The notes: generated by a model not told the origin, from the letters alone. A stretch of DNA of 64,000 bases from Kiloniella sp. (GCF_048270245.1 NZ_JBLWTH010000008.1:43839-107838); one strand, 5' to 3'. Positions 21,139 through 30,972 are shown, numbered from the stretch's first letter. Numbers and translations are program-made.

Positions 21139-21173
21139 AAAAAGGTGTCATGTTCATTCATGGCACCTTTTTT
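21139..21173 (+). terminator. Rho-independent terminator
   Basis: AAAAAGGTGTCATG-TTCATT-CATGGCACCTTTTTT. Confidence 0.8.
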
Positions 21174-21231
21174 ATTTATGTGACAATAATGATCCTAGAC
21201 AAGCACCGATAGATCTCGGTAATTTAAGTCC

Positions 21232-21588
21232 ATGAAATCCTGGCGTACTATAATTTGTTTAATCTTTAGCTTAAGCGTTCTTTTTACACCGCTTGCACAG
21301 GCTGGTGCGCATACACCTAAGTTAAGCGATCACAATGTAAATAATTCGTCTATTCCAAACATATCGTACGTACAGGATATGGCATCAGATATCGATAGCT
21401 GCAAAGAGTGTATTGACCATTCCAATGCGGTTATCTGCCTTGATTTTTGCCTATCTATGGCGCCAGCCATACTCGTTGAAAACACACTTAACAATCAACG
21501 ATCCCACTCAGATGATGCATATCCTCACCTAGAACAATCTGTTGGGTTGTTCCCAGCGGTAGAGATTTCTCCCCCTATAAATCTGTAA
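21232..21588 (+). CDS. Small exported Cys/His-rich hypothetical protein (possibly DUF2946/CopL-like)
   Basis: Signal peptide ending AQA; CxxC..CxxxC cluster; C-terminal SPP; precedes the DUF411 gene. Confidence 0.55.
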   Translation: MKSWRTIICLIFSLSVLFTPLAQAGAHTPKLSDHNVNNSSIPNISYVQDMASDIDSCKECIDHSNAVICLDFCLSMAPAILVENTLNNQRSHSDDAYPHLEQSVGLFPAVEISPPINL

Positions 21589-21636
21589 AATAAAACTAAA
21601 AACAACCAACTAATACAGAAACAATAGGATTATAAA

Positions 21637-22092
21637 ATGAGATCTTTTATTCCTGTGGCAACAATTGCAGCTACGATGTTTATCAACCTTTTGCCGATTA
21701 ATGCTCATGCAGGTGAAGGTGAAGCCACCTTGTTTAAAAATCCGCAATGCGGTTGCTGTAGTGCTTATGCCGAGCATCTCCGTCAAAGCGGCTACAAGGT
21801 TAAAGAAGTACCCACAGAAAAAATGTCCCTGATCAAAAAATCGTATGGCATTACAGATGAAATGTCTTCTTGCCACACAACCTTAATCAACGGTTATGTC
21901 ATCGAAGGACATGTTCCCCTAAATGTCGTTGATAAGTTTTTATCGGAAAAACCTGATGTAACGGGGATTTCCTTGCCCGGAATGCCAATGGGGTCACCCG
22001 GCATGGGAATTGAAAAAGAAGAACCCTTTAGAATTTATTCGTACGATATTAAAGAAAATGATCACTCGATTACTCTCTATACGATCGAATAA
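21637..22092 (+). CDS. DUF411 family periplasmic metal (copper)-binding protein
   Basis: KNPQCGCC, SCHT, EGHVP and PGMPMGSPGM motifs; signal peptide. Confidence 0.9.
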   Translation: MRSFIPVATIAATMFINLLPINAHAGEGEATLFKNPQCGCCSAYAEHLRQSGYKVKEVPTEKMSLIKKSYGITDEMSSCHTTLINGYVIEGHVPLNVVDKFLSEKPDVTGISLPGMPMGSPGMGIEKEEPFRIYSYDIKENDHSITLYTIE

Positions 22093-22121
22093 AAAAAGAG
22101 GGAGCCTCCAAAGGCTCCCTC
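22091..22121 (-). terminator. Rho-independent terminator ending the tup operon (possibly bidirectional)
   Basis: GAGGGAGCCT-CCAA-AGGCTCCCTC with an A run on the left, giving a U-tail on the minus strand. Confidence 0.75.
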
Positions 22122-22145
22122 CTCAAAATTTTTAAAAAACTTTAT

Positions 22146-22982
22146 TTATTCAGCGTTGGGAATAAACAACTGCTCGCCGGATAATTTATAACCCGCAATA
22201 GCCTCTTGCCCTTTAGAAGATATGATCCAATTCACGAAAGTTTCCGCAGGTTTTACTTTTACATGTGGAAACTTTTCCGGGTTCACAACGATTACACCGT
22301 ATTGATTGAACAGACGTTCATCACCCTCAAAAAGGATTTCCATGTTTTGTTTGTTTTTGTAGCTGATCCAGGTCGCTCTGTCAGTCAGCGCATACCCTTG
22401 CATAGCCACAGCCGTATTCAAAGTTGCGCCCATGCCAGAACCGGTTTCACGATACCAGTCACCTGATGCAGATTTAGGGTTATCTCCGTTGGCTTTCCAA
22501 AGTTCTAATTCTCTTTTATTGGTACCACTATCATCACCACGAGAAAGGAAGACTGATTGTTTTGTTTTAATGTTATTCAACGCATCAACGATAGTTTCAG
22601 AACCTTTAACTTTAGCCGGGTCGCTATCCGGTCCGACAAGAACAAAATCGTTGTACATCACGTCAAAACGCTTCACACCATACCCATCAGCAACAAATTT
22701 CTCTTCAGACGTTTTATGATGCACCATAAGAACATCCGCGTCCCCATTACGGGCAAGCTTAAGGGCGGCCCCTGTACCGACGGCAACAACATGTACATCA
22801 ACACCAGTCTGCTTTTTGAAAAGAGGCAGCAAGTAATCAAACAAGCCTGAGTTTTGTGTCGATGTGGTGGAAGCCAACGTAATATTATTCTTTGCTTCAT
22901 CTGCGTATGAAGCTGGGCCATACCCAACCATTACTAATGCGGCTGCGATACCAAGTGCACGCATAATAGATCTGTTAAACAT
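22146..22982 (-). CDS. tupA: Tungstate ABC transporter substrate-binding protein
   Basis: LASTTSTQNSGL, VGTGAAL, FLSRGDDSGT and SGMGATL. AGGAG SD before ATG 22982. Confidence 0.9.
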   Translation of the reverse strand: MFNRSIMRALGIAAALVMVGYGPASYADEAKNNITLASTTSTQNSGLFDYLLPLFKKQTGVDVHVVAVGTGAALKLARNGDADVLMVHHKTSEEKFVADGYGVKRFDVMYNDFVLVGPDSDPAKVKGSETIVDALNNIKTKQSVFLSRGDDSGTNKRELELWKANGDNPKSASGDWYRETGSGMGATLNTAVAMQGYALTDRATWISYKNKQNMEILFEGDERLFNQYGVIVVNPEKFPHVKVKPAETFVNWIISSKGQEAIAGYKLSGEQLFIPNAE

Positions 22983-22995
22983 TAAATAGTGTCTC

Positions 22996-23760
22996 CTAAA
23001 TTTGAACATCGTCTTTTTCTGGGCGGCGTTTCCACCAGATAAGCTGACCGTCTAAAAAGGCTTGCGCCAAATCGTTTTGCGGACCAGCAAAAAAATCATC
23101 TGCAGAAGACATTTCCTTAATACGTCCCCTGAACATGAAAAGAACATCGGTTGCCAGACGCTTTGCCTGACCAAGATCATGGCAGGTCATAATAACCGTC
23201 GTGCCCTCTACAGAAATTTCGTGGATAAGTTCTTCAATGGAATGTGTTGCCGGCGGATCCAAACTAGCCGTTGGCTCATCCATAAAAAGGACCTCTGGTT
23301 TTAACACCCATGCCCGCGCAATTGCCAAACGCTGCTGCTCCCCAAGCGAGAGAACGGTCGCAAGTTTATTTGCGACCCGCGTTAATCCCGTTCTCTGGAT
23401 AACAGCGTTAATCATATCCGGTCGCAGGGATTTTTCTACACCGCGAACGGAAAGCGCATAATCAATATTTGCATAAGCTGAACGCCGTAACATGACCGGT
23501 CGTTGAGTAACCATAGCCTGATGATGCTTAGGGTTAGCATCTTTGCCAGACGACCATATCACTTTGCCAGATTTTGGCTTCAACAAACCATGACACAGTC
23601 GTAGCAGAAGTGTTTTCCCTGCGCCGTTTGGCCCCAAAAGAAGATATCTTTTCCCTTGGTTGAATTCGCAACTGATATTTTTAATCAGTTGCTTCCCACC
23701 TGCCTCATACTCAAGGTTTTCAACTTTTAACGGTAAAATCGAAGGATGTTTTGTCATCAC
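22996..23760 (-). CDS. tupC: Tungstate ABC transporter ATPase
   Basis: GPNGAGKT, LSLGEQQ and MDEPTASLDP; lies between tupB and tupA. Confidence 0.88.
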   Translation of the reverse strand: MMTKHPSILPLKVENLEYEAGGKQLIKNISCEFNQGKRYLLLGPNGAGKTLLLRLCHGLLKPKSGKVIWSSGKDANPKHHQAMVTQRPVMLRRSAYANIDYALSVRGVEKSLRPDMINAVIQRTGLTRVANKLATVLSLGEQQRLAIARAWVLKPEVLFMDEPTASLDPPATHSIEELIHEISVEGTTVIMTCHDLGQAKRLATDVLFMFRGRIKEMSSADDFFAGPQNDLAQAFLDGQLIWWKRRPEKDDVQI

Positions 23761-24461
23761 TTATGTCGCCTCTTTACCGTTTCTGTAATGCTGTAGGCAA
23801 AAAGGTTAATTCCAAGAGCGACCGCCAGCAATACTAATCCAAGAGCAAGAGCCATAACCAAATCACCCTTTCTTGCTTCCAGAGCAATAGCCGTTGTCAT
23901 GACACGGGTCAGGTGGTCGATATTACCCCCGACGATCATCACAGCGCCAACCTCTGAAATAGCACGTCCAAAACCGGCTAATGCAGCTGTCGTTAAGGAA
24001 AATCTGGCATCCCAGACTAAAGCCGTCACCTTGCGATACCAAGGCACATCAAGTGATCTCAGGAGCTCATCATATTCAAGATGGAGCTCTTCCAGCACCT
24101 GTCGTGTAATTGCCGTCACGATGGGCACGACCAAGATAACCTGAGCAATGATCATGGCTGTGGGGGTAAACAACAGGCCAAAAACACCAAAGGGGCCACT
24201 ACGGGACAAAAGTAAATAGACAAAAAGCCCGACAACAACGGGCGGCAGTCCCATAAAAACATTGATAATAATGACTAAAATTTTTCTGCCGGGGAATTTT
24301 GTTAACGCAAGAACAGCACCAAAAGGCAGTGCAATGAGCAAGGCTATTCCCACTGCTGACAAACTTAATCGCAGAGATAAAAAGACGATCTCAAGTAGCT
24401 GGTCATCTAGGGTAATGACAAGCGATATCGCTTTGAAAAATGCCTGCCAAAGATCGTTCAT
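23757..24461 (-). CDS. tupB: Tungstate ABC transporter permease
   Basis: MGLPPVVVGL, FGRAISEVGAVMIVGGNI, TRVMTTAIALE. Start likely ATG 24461 (track GTG 24494). Confidence 0.9.
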   Translation of the reverse strand: MNDLWQAFFKAISLVITLDDQLLEIVFLSLRLSLSAVGIALLIALPFGAVLALTKFPGRKILVIIINVFMGLPPVVVGLFVYLLLSRSGPFGVFGLLFTPTAMIIAQVILVVPIVTAITRQVLEELHLEYDELLRSLDVPWYRKVTALVWDARFSLTTAALAGFGRAISEVGAVMIVGGNIDHLTRVMTTAIALEARKGDLVMALALGLVLLAVALGINLFAYSITETVKRRHK

Positions 24462-24715
24462 AAAATTCCAAAATATAACTGATACGGGACGCACATAGAG
24501 TTTTATGCCATAAAGCTGTTATGGCAAAATGTTCGGGCACACTACTCAGATACTTTTGCTTTGTATGTATTTATATTTGAAAATCTAAATTTGAAAAACA
24601 GATTAAACTTTGTGATTTTGTAAAAAATGTTCGATTAAAATCTGATCATAATTAAAGTGAAAATATTTTTAAGATAACCATATTCAATATCAATCCGACG
24701 AAAGGCCGACTGTTC

Positions 24716-25630
24716 TTGATCTCAGACCTGACCATCGAAACAGATATAGCTGTCGCCTCCTTCTCATTGGATGGAGGTTGTATTATGTCATACGCAATCA
24801 AGAGAGATCGTGCTTATGATATCTTACGCCCCTATCAACAAGACAACGAAGCTGTCTTTTCACCGCTGAACACAGCGTCCTTTCCCTTAATTCCCTATTC
24901 CAACCGTATTAAACGAGGGCAATTCACCTTTGACGGTAAATCATATCAACTGGCGCTAAACTTCGCAGATCATCCCCACTCGATTCATGGAATTTCCTGG
25001 CAAAGACATTGGCAGGTTAAAGATCATCAAAAGTCTCAAATAATGTTGGAATTAAACTATACGGCAAATGACAAAAAGCCCACGGATTGGCCCTTTGATT
25101 TTGATGCCGTTCAAACTTTTAATCTAACTGGTACTGACTTAACTCAGCATATTTCTGTCATTAATACCAGTGACCGCCCAATGCCTGTAGGTCTTGGGGT
25201 GCACCCTTATTTACCAAAACGTAAAAACACGCGATTAAAAGCAAATGCGAAAAACGTCTGGATAACTAATCAAACCTGCCTCCCCACAAAGCTTGTTGAA
25301 TGTCCCGAACATTGGGATTTAAGGACAAATCCATTGGTCGAAACATTAGAATGCGACAATCAGTTTGAACCATGGGATGGCAAGGCACAGATTCATTGGC
25401 CAGAAGACAATGTTTCAGTTGAATTGAACGCCAGTAAAAACCTAAATCGCCTCGTCGTTTACGCCCCAAAAGACGAAAGTTTCTTCTGCGTAGAACCAAC
25501 ATCACACATAACGGATGCCCTGAACTCGACATCAAAAGGTATGTCGTTAGAAGACACAGGCATTCATGTTCTTGCACCAAAACAAACACTTGAAGGTTGG
25601 ATAAAATTCAATATCTACACAGAGTTTTAG
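24716..25630 (+). CDS. Aldose 1-epimerase family protein
   Basis: PLIPYSNRI, HSIHG, GLGVHPY and FFCVEP. Confidence 0.9.
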   Translation: MISDLTIETDIAVASFSLDGGCIMSYAIKRDRAYDILRPYQQDNEAVFSPLNTASFPLIPYSNRIKRGQFTFDGKSYQLALNFADHPHSIHGISWQRHWQVKDHQKSQIMLELNYTANDKKPTDWPFDFDAVQTFNLTGTDLTQHISVINTSDRPMPVGLGVHPYLPKRKNTRLKANAKNVWITNQTCLPTKLVECPEHWDLRTNPLVETLECDNQFEPWDGKAQIHWPEDNVSVELNASKNLNRLVVYAPKDESFFCVEPTSHITDALNSTSKGMSLEDTGIHVLAPKQTLEGWIKFNIYTEF

Positions 25631-25755
25631 TTATTTTACAGATAGTTATAGGATATAACTCAAGAATAATATCAGCCCGAAATAAGTTATAATTCACTAA
25701 ATTGGCATTAGGAATATCATTTTACAAAGCACGCTTTGTTGCCGCCTCTTTACTT

Positions 25756-25779
25756 AAACCCAAACCCAAACCCAAACCC
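25756..25779. repeat. Hexanucleotide tandem repeat (AAACCC)4
   Basis: Read directly; the minus strand is (GGGTTT)4. Confidence 0.95.
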
Positions 25780-25965
25780 AACCATTGCTTGATCAATCCC
25801 TTTTCAAAATCAAGCCAAACCTGAGATAGAGATAACAAAACGTTTTTCATCATCCTTCATTCATCGGATATAGGTGACTAACTTTTCTATGGATCTGGGA
25901 TCACCCAGCAACGCCCTACTTCTTTTTTACCTTACACACCATGTATTGTGGATAGATCTATTCAC

Positions 25966-25994
25966 AATAAATAAATCACTCTTATTTATTTATT
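25966..25994. promoter_or_regulatory. Putative ROK operator abutting a sigma70-type promoter
   Basis: AATAAATAAATCA-CTC-TTATTTATTTATT (12/13 paired) overlaps TTGACC (25993-98), followed by N17-GATAGT. Confidence 0.55.
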
Positions 25995-26093
25995 GACCAT
26001 CCAAAAATAATTCCCGATAGTTACCATAGAGCAAAATGGAAAATATGTGTTTTACAAGGTCAGCATATAGCCAAAACAACAAAGGCTTCAGAG

Positions 26094-27308
26094 TTGGATC
26101 AACAACCCGATCAAGAAAACATTACTGAATTAGATCAAAAGCTAAAAGGATCTAATCAAAGTAATATGAGAGCTTATAACGAACGCTTGGTACTCTCGCT
26201 TGTGCGTCGAAACGGGCAGCTCCCCAAAATGAAACTTGCTCAAATGACTGGGCTATCTGCACAAACAGTATCTGTCATTATGCGTTCACTAGAAGCCGAT
26301 GGATTACTTATAAAGGGTGAACCTGTGCGTGGAAAAGTCGGTCAACCTTCAGTCCCCCTTTCTCTTAATCCCGATGGTGTCTTCTTTTTGGGATTAAAAA
26401 TAGGGCGGCGCAGTTCTGAACTCATCCTTGTCGACTTTTTAGGGCAGGTGAAACAAAGGGTTATTCACACCTACCCTTTCCCTGAGCCTGATGACATAGA
26501 GAAATTTGCCCTTAAGTCGATCAAAATATTTGAGGTCGATTTAGGAGAAACCGCATCCAAAATTTCTGGCCTGGGCATTGCTATGCCTTTTGAGCTCTGG
26601 AATTGGGCAGAGACCATTGGCACATCAACCGACAAGATGGAAAACTGGAAAACATATGACATACAGAAGGTACTAAGTCATAGCTGTTCCTACCCTGTTT
26701 ATTTACAAAATGATGCAACGGCAGCCTGTGGTGCTGAACTCGCTTTTGGAACAAACCAAACCAAACGTGATTTTGCGTACTTTTACATCGGCACCTTTAT
26801 CGGCGGCGGCCTCGTTATTAATGGTAGCCTATTTATCGGAAAGAACGGGAATGCCGGGGCCTTAGGCTCCATGCTGATAAGTGACAAAGCTGGCGATTAC
26901 AAACAACTTATTGATGAAGCATCAATCGTCACCTTTGAAAAACAGTTACAAGAAGTTGGTATTGACCCCTCTCCGCTTTGGAATATGGAAAATGGTTGGC
27001 AAGCTTTAAATGAGACAATTAATCCTTGGATAGAACGTGTCGCAAATGGCTTGGCTCAGGCGATCATCTCAACCACAGCATTGATTGATCAGGAAGCAAC
27101 AGTAATAGATGGGGCTTTTCCGGAACACGTGCGTAGCCGCATTGTCGCAGCCACTCAAGAAGCCATAAAAAACTATAATCAACAGGGGATAGAACAGCCA
27201 ATAATTTGCGAAGGATCACTTGGAACAGTTGCTCGCGCCTTAGGGGGGGCAAGCCTTCCTTTGTTTGATCGCTTTTTTGTTGATCAAAATACCTCTCTCA
27301 ATCAATAA
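26094..27308 (+). CDS. ROK-family transcriptional regulator (FrcR-like)
   Basis: N-terminal HTH (RAYNERLVLSLVRR..TGLSAQTVSVIMR), NDATAAC, IGTFIGGGL and GNAGALG. Confidence 0.9.
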   Translation: MDQQPDQENITELDQKLKGSNQSNMRAYNERLVLSLVRRNGQLPKMKLAQMTGLSAQTVSVIMRSLEADGLLIKGEPVRGKVGQPSVPLSLNPDGVFFLGLKIGRRSSELILVDFLGQVKQRVIHTYPFPEPDDIEKFALKSIKIFEVDLGETASKISGLGIAMPFELWNWAETIGTSTDKMENWKTYDIQKVLSHSCSYPVYLQNDATAACGAELAFGTNQTKRDFAYFYIGTFIGGGLVINGSLFIGKNGNAGALGSMLISDKAGDYKQLIDEASIVTFEKQLQEVGIDPSPLWNMENGWQALNETINPWIERVANGLAQAIISTTALIDQEATVIDGAFPEHVRSRIVAATQEAIKNYNQQGIEQPIICEGSLGTVARALGGASLPLFDRFFVDQNTSLNQ

Positions 27309-27338
27309 CCCTATTAAAACTAACGAGAACTTAAGAAA

Positions 27339-28025
27339 ATGCAACGCTCAGAAGTTAATGAAATCCTTGCTCAATCAGACAGTTTCATCAAATCCCATGG
27401 TTATATCCTGCCCCCCTTTGCATACTTCAGCCCTCAGGACATGCAAAACCGCAAAAAAGAGCTAACAGGCATCACAAAGGCCCGAATGGGGTGGGACATT
27501 ACGGATTACGGTCAGGAAAAATTTGATGAGCTGGGATTATTTCTTTTTACCGTCAGAAACGGCTTTGCAGAGGATCTGGAAACTGGCAAAGGCATGCTTT
27601 ATGCCGAAAAAATTATGATTTCTCGCAAAGATCAAATTTCCCCTATGCACCGCCATAATATCAAAGCAGAAGATATTATTAACCGGGGCGGCGGTGATCT
27701 TGTCCTTGAGCTATTCATGTCTGATCCTAACGGTGATATTGATCAAGAAGCCGAAGTAATTGTTCCCTGTGATGGCATTAACAGAAAGCTTAAAGCGGGT
27801 GGCCTTTTGAAATTGGCACCGGGCGAGAGTGTTACCCTTCTGCCTGGCGTTTGGCACGCCTTCTGGGGGGAAAGAGCAGATGTTCTCATTGGTGAAGTTT
27901 CAACAGTAAATGACGATCTGACTGATAATGTCTTTCATGCAAAGATAGGACGTTTCTCTCAAATAGAAGAAAACGAAGCTCCGAAACACCTGCTTGTTTC
28001 TGATTACGATAAATGGATGAAATAA
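27339..28025 (+). CDS. D-lyxose/D-mannose family sugar isomerase (cupin)
   Basis: YAEKIM, PMHRH, KAEDIINRGG, WHAFWG and GEVSTVNDDLTDN. Confidence 0.9.
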   Translation: MQRSEVNEILAQSDSFIKSHGYILPPFAYFSPQDMQNRKKELTGITKARMGWDITDYGQEKFDELGLFLFTVRNGFAEDLETGKGMLYAEKIMISRKDQISPMHRHNIKAEDIINRGGGDLVLELFMSDPNGDIDQEAEVIVPCDGINRKLKAGGLLKLAPGESVTLLPGVWHAFWGERADVLIGEVSTVNDDLTDNVFHAKIGRFSQIEENEAPKHLLVSDYDKWMK

Positions 28026-28028
28026 CCC

Positions 28029-28973
28029 ATGATCATTTGTTGTGGCGAAGCCCTAATTGACATGTTGCCGGTAGAGATTCCTTCACAAAAGGAACAAAAA
28101 GGAACCACCTATCAACCTGTTTCGGGGGGAGCAATCTTCAATACCGCTATCGCCCTAGGACGATTAGGCACGAAAACAGGGTTCTGCGGCGGCATTTCGA
28201 CTGATCTCTTTGGTGAACAACTTTGCCAATCACTCTCAGAATCAAATGTTGATTACAGTTACTCCTATCGACAGGAAGCACCAACGACCTTGTCGTTTGT
28301 AAAGTTTACAAACGGGCAAGCCAGCTATGCCTTTTATGATGAAAATACCGCGGGCAAACTATTCCAAAGAAACAACATTAAAGAAATACCTGCGGATGCT
28401 GAGGCATTCCATTTCGGTGCAATCAGTCTCATTCAGGAACCTTGCGGAACGACCTTCGAAGACCTTGTTACATCTGCCCAAGAAAAATGCGTGTTGTCTT
28501 TTGATCCCAATATCAGGACAAGTTTCATCACTGATCCCGATGGGTATCGTCAGCGCATCAAACGGTTGCTCTCAATAAGCGATATTATTAAAGTCTCTGA
28601 CGAAGATCTATTATGGCTTTCACCAAAGACGAAACCCGAGGATTTTGCGCAACAACAATTGCGACAAGGCGCATCAATCGTACTTTTTACCGAAGGTTCG
28701 CAAGGCGCCACTGCCTATAGTCAAAACTCAACCATAAAACTGGAGAGCAAGAAGGTTCCGGTAAAAGACACTATCGGGGCCGGAGACAGCTTTAATGCTG
28801 GCTTTCTCTCAAGCCTTAGTGAACAAGGAATCCTATCTAAATCAAAGTTAAAAGACTTAACAGAACAGCAGCTATCTATCGCGTTGAATAAAGCCAATAG
28901 AGTTGCGGCCTTTACCGTGACGCAAAGTGGAGCAGTTCCTCCTTGGGCAGAGGAATTGACCTCTATAACATAA
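28029..28973 (+). CDS. PfkB-family carbohydrate kinase (fructokinase-like)
   Basis: GEALIDM, GGAIFNTAIALGRLG, FDPNIR and DTIGAGDSF. Confidence 0.93.
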   Translation: MIICCGEALIDMLPVEIPSQKEQKGTTYQPVSGGAIFNTAIALGRLGTKTGFCGGISTDLFGEQLCQSLSESNVDYSYSYRQEAPTTLSFVKFTNGQASYAFYDENTAGKLFQRNNIKEIPADAEAFHFGAISLIQEPCGTTFEDLVTSAQEKCVLSFDPNIRTSFITDPDGYRQRIKRLLSISDIIKVSDEDLLWLSPKTKPEDFAQQQLRQGASIVLFTEGSQGATAYSQNSTIKLESKKVPVKDTIGAGDSFNAGFLSSLSEQGILSKSKLKDLTEQQLSIALNKANRVAAFTVTQSGAVPPWAEELTSIT

Positions 28974-28974
28974 A

Positions 28975-29712
28975 TTAAGAGAGCGGATGAGCGCTCTCGT
29001 TATCCACAAAGAGTTGGACACGTTCACTGGCAAAATGCGTAATACCAAACTGTATCGCTTTGCCAGTGGCATCCACATCAACACTTTCTGTGATCAGGAC
29101 TGGTTTGTTTTTAGCTTGTTGCAACAGTTCTGCCGTACGTTTACTTGGCATTTGCGCCGTAATTCTCGTATTTTTACGGGTGTAATCGTTTAATCCGAAA
29201 TGCTTAAAGGCTTCCGTTAGAGATTTTGTTTCTGCAAAGACCGTCTCGATCCCCTTGAAACGGAGTGCTGGCAGATAACTAATTGAATGGGCGAGCGCGA
29301 CACCGTCCGCCTGACTAACAGCTTCGAGCTTGATTACCTTTTCATCCCTGGCGACCAGCAATCTTTTTGCAACTTGCTTCGTTGCTTTTTCTTTTTCGCT
29401 ACTTAACAAGGTTTTATCCGGCAAACGATGCCGCCCTGACACAATTTGGGAGAAACGGGTCCGACTTCCCAAGGTGTAATCCATCAGGTTTTCCTGAACA
29501 AAAGTTCCCCGCCCTTGTTCGACGCGCATCACATTATCTTCTGTAAGTGCAGCAATCGCACTGCGCACTGTGTGACGGTTCACACCAAACCTTTTTGCAA
29601 GTTCATTTTCTGTCGGCAGTTTATCGCCCGGCTTAAAAACACCCGATGTAATATCCTGAAGCAAAAGACGTCCAATCTGTTTCCAGATTGCTTCACCCTT
29701 TTCCCACTCCAT
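28975..29712 (-). CDS. phnF: Phosphonate metabolism regulator, GntR/HutC family
   Basis: LPTENELAKRFGVNRHTVR wHTH plus UTRA domain; divergent from phnG. Confidence 0.93.
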   Translation of the reverse strand: MEWEKGEAIWKQIGRLLLQDITSGVFKPGDKLPTENELAKRFGVNRHTVRSAIAALTEDNVMRVEQGRGTFVQENLMDYTLGSRTRFSQIVSGRHRLPDKTLLSSEKEKATKQVAKRLLVARDEKVIKLEAVSQADGVALAHSISYLPALRFKGIETVFAETKSLTEAFKHFGLNDYTRKNTRITAQMPSKRTAELLQQAKNKPVLITESVDVDATGKAIQFGITHFASERVQLFVDNESAHPLS

Positions 29713-29716
29713 CTCA

Positions 29717-29745
29717 CTGTCCTTTAAAGTTCATAAAACTTTCAT
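29717..29745 (+). promoter_or_regulatory. Putative Pho box upstream of phnG
   Basis: CTGTCCT-TTAA-AGTTCAT-AAAA-CTTTCAT, an 11-bp periodic match to CTGTCAT-N4 repeats. Confidence 0.55.
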
Positions 29746-29792
29746 CAGTCGTCAATTGTCTTCGTTAACGCTTCATTCTATAAATCAAAAAG

Positions 29793-29808
29793 GTATAGAC
29801 GTCTAGAC
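29793..29808. promoter_or_regulatory. Putative PhnF operator
   Basis: GTATAGAC-GTCTAGAC near-palindrome matching the HutC-type GTnTAnAC pattern. Confidence 0.65.
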
Positions 29809-29838
29809 AAATTTAATATTTGTCGAAAGGAGATAAAA

Positions 29839-30345
29839 GTGACCGATGTTTCGGGCCAGAAAGACCAGTTAGATCAGAAAGATACTAATAGCGAGCGACA
29901 GAAATGGTTGTCTGTTCTGGCTCGTTGCACATTGCAAGATTTACAACACCATTGGAATAAGCTGACAAAAACAGAAGCTGATCTAAGCAATCTTCCCTAT
30001 CGCTTCCTGCGTAAAGCAGAAACTGGATTGGTTATGGTTCGCGGAAGAGCCGGCGGTGACGGGCAGCAATTCAATTTGGGTGAAGTGTCCGTAACACGAT
30101 GTACTGTGTGCCTTGATAGCGACCACATTGGATACGCGTATATTCGAGGCAGAGATCACAAGAAAGCGGAACTGGTCGCTGTCCTTGACGCCCTACTCCA
30201 GACAAATCGCTGGTCACAACAAATACGCGAGATTTTTGTTACACCACTGGCATCTGCTCAGGAAAAAGCAAAACTAGATCGTAAATCACAGATTGCGACT
30301 TCCAAGGTTGATTTCTTCACTATGGTACGAGGAGAAGACGCGTGA
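29839..30345 (+). CDS. phnG: C-P lyase subunit PhnG
   Basis: ETGLVMVRGRAGGDGQQFNLGEVSVTRC; KVDFFTMVRGED. Confidence 0.97.
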   Translation: MTDVSGQKDQLDQKDTNSERQKWLSVLARCTLQDLQHHWNKLTKTEADLSNLPYRFLRKAETGLVMVRGRAGGDGQQFNLGEVSVTRCTVCLDSDHIGYAYIRGRDHKKAELVAVLDALLQTNRWSQQIREIFVTPLASAQEKAKLDRKSQIATSKVDFFTMVRGEDA

Positions 30346-30971
30346 TGGACTTCCAAACAAATTCTCTTTCTACGCAAGATATTGGTCAAACAACTCTTCC
30401 CGGTTTCGATAATCCTGTTTTTGATGCCACGGCAATTTTCAGAACTGTTCTGGACGCGATGTCTCATCCCGGAACGGTCATAGAAACACCGCTCACATGT
30501 GAAAGTCCAAGCAAGCTGAATTCATCTGCAGCTTCTGTTCTGCTGGCTCTTGCAGACATGGATACGACAATTTGGCTTTCTCCAGAAACAGAGTGCTCAA
30601 ATGTTGCTGATTATTTGAGGTTCCATACCGGGTGTTCGCTAACAAAGAATGCGAACCACTGTGACTTCGCCGTTCTCAATGGCATGGAAGGTCCAGATCA
30701 GATTGCTAACTTGCCAATTGGTACAGCTGAAAATCCTGATCGTTCCGCAACGCTTATCATTGCCGTTGATCATTTCAATGCTGAACAAAAAGCTGTCTTG
30801 AGCGGACCAGGCATCAAAACCACAAGCGAACTGTCTCCTTCTCCCCTCAACCCAAAGCTTTGGAGCTGGATGAAGGATAACAGAAACTACTTCCCTTGCG
30901 GCATTGACGTCATTTTTGCCTCTCCCACTCATATTTGCGCCCTTCCCCGTTCTTCAGAAATGGACATTTAA
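30342..30971 (+). CDS. phnH: C-P lyase subunit PhnH
   Basis: FRTVLDAMSHPG, LRFHTGC, PDRSATL, FPCGID. Confidence 0.96.
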   Translation: MMDFQTNSLSTQDIGQTTLPGFDNPVFDATAIFRTVLDAMSHPGTVIETPLTCESPSKLNSSAASVLLALADMDTTIWLSPETECSNVADYLRFHTGCSLTKNANHCDFAVLNGMEGPDQIANLPIGTAENPDRSATLIIAVDHFNAEQKAVLSGPGIKTTSELSPSPLNPKLWSWMKDNRNYFPCGIDVIFASPTHICALPRSSEMDI

Positions 30972-30972
30972 A

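Noticed and set aside
24495-24715. Moco/Tuco riboswitch upstream of tupB
   Set aside because: No recognisable conserved riboswitch elements; the region is mostly AT-rich promoter DNA.
25948-25965. Inverted DnaA-box-like pair (CTATCCACA / CTATTCACA) suggesting oriC
   Set aside because: Only two 8/9 matches, no box cluster and no typical oriC-flanking genes. Kept only as an unexplained palindrome.
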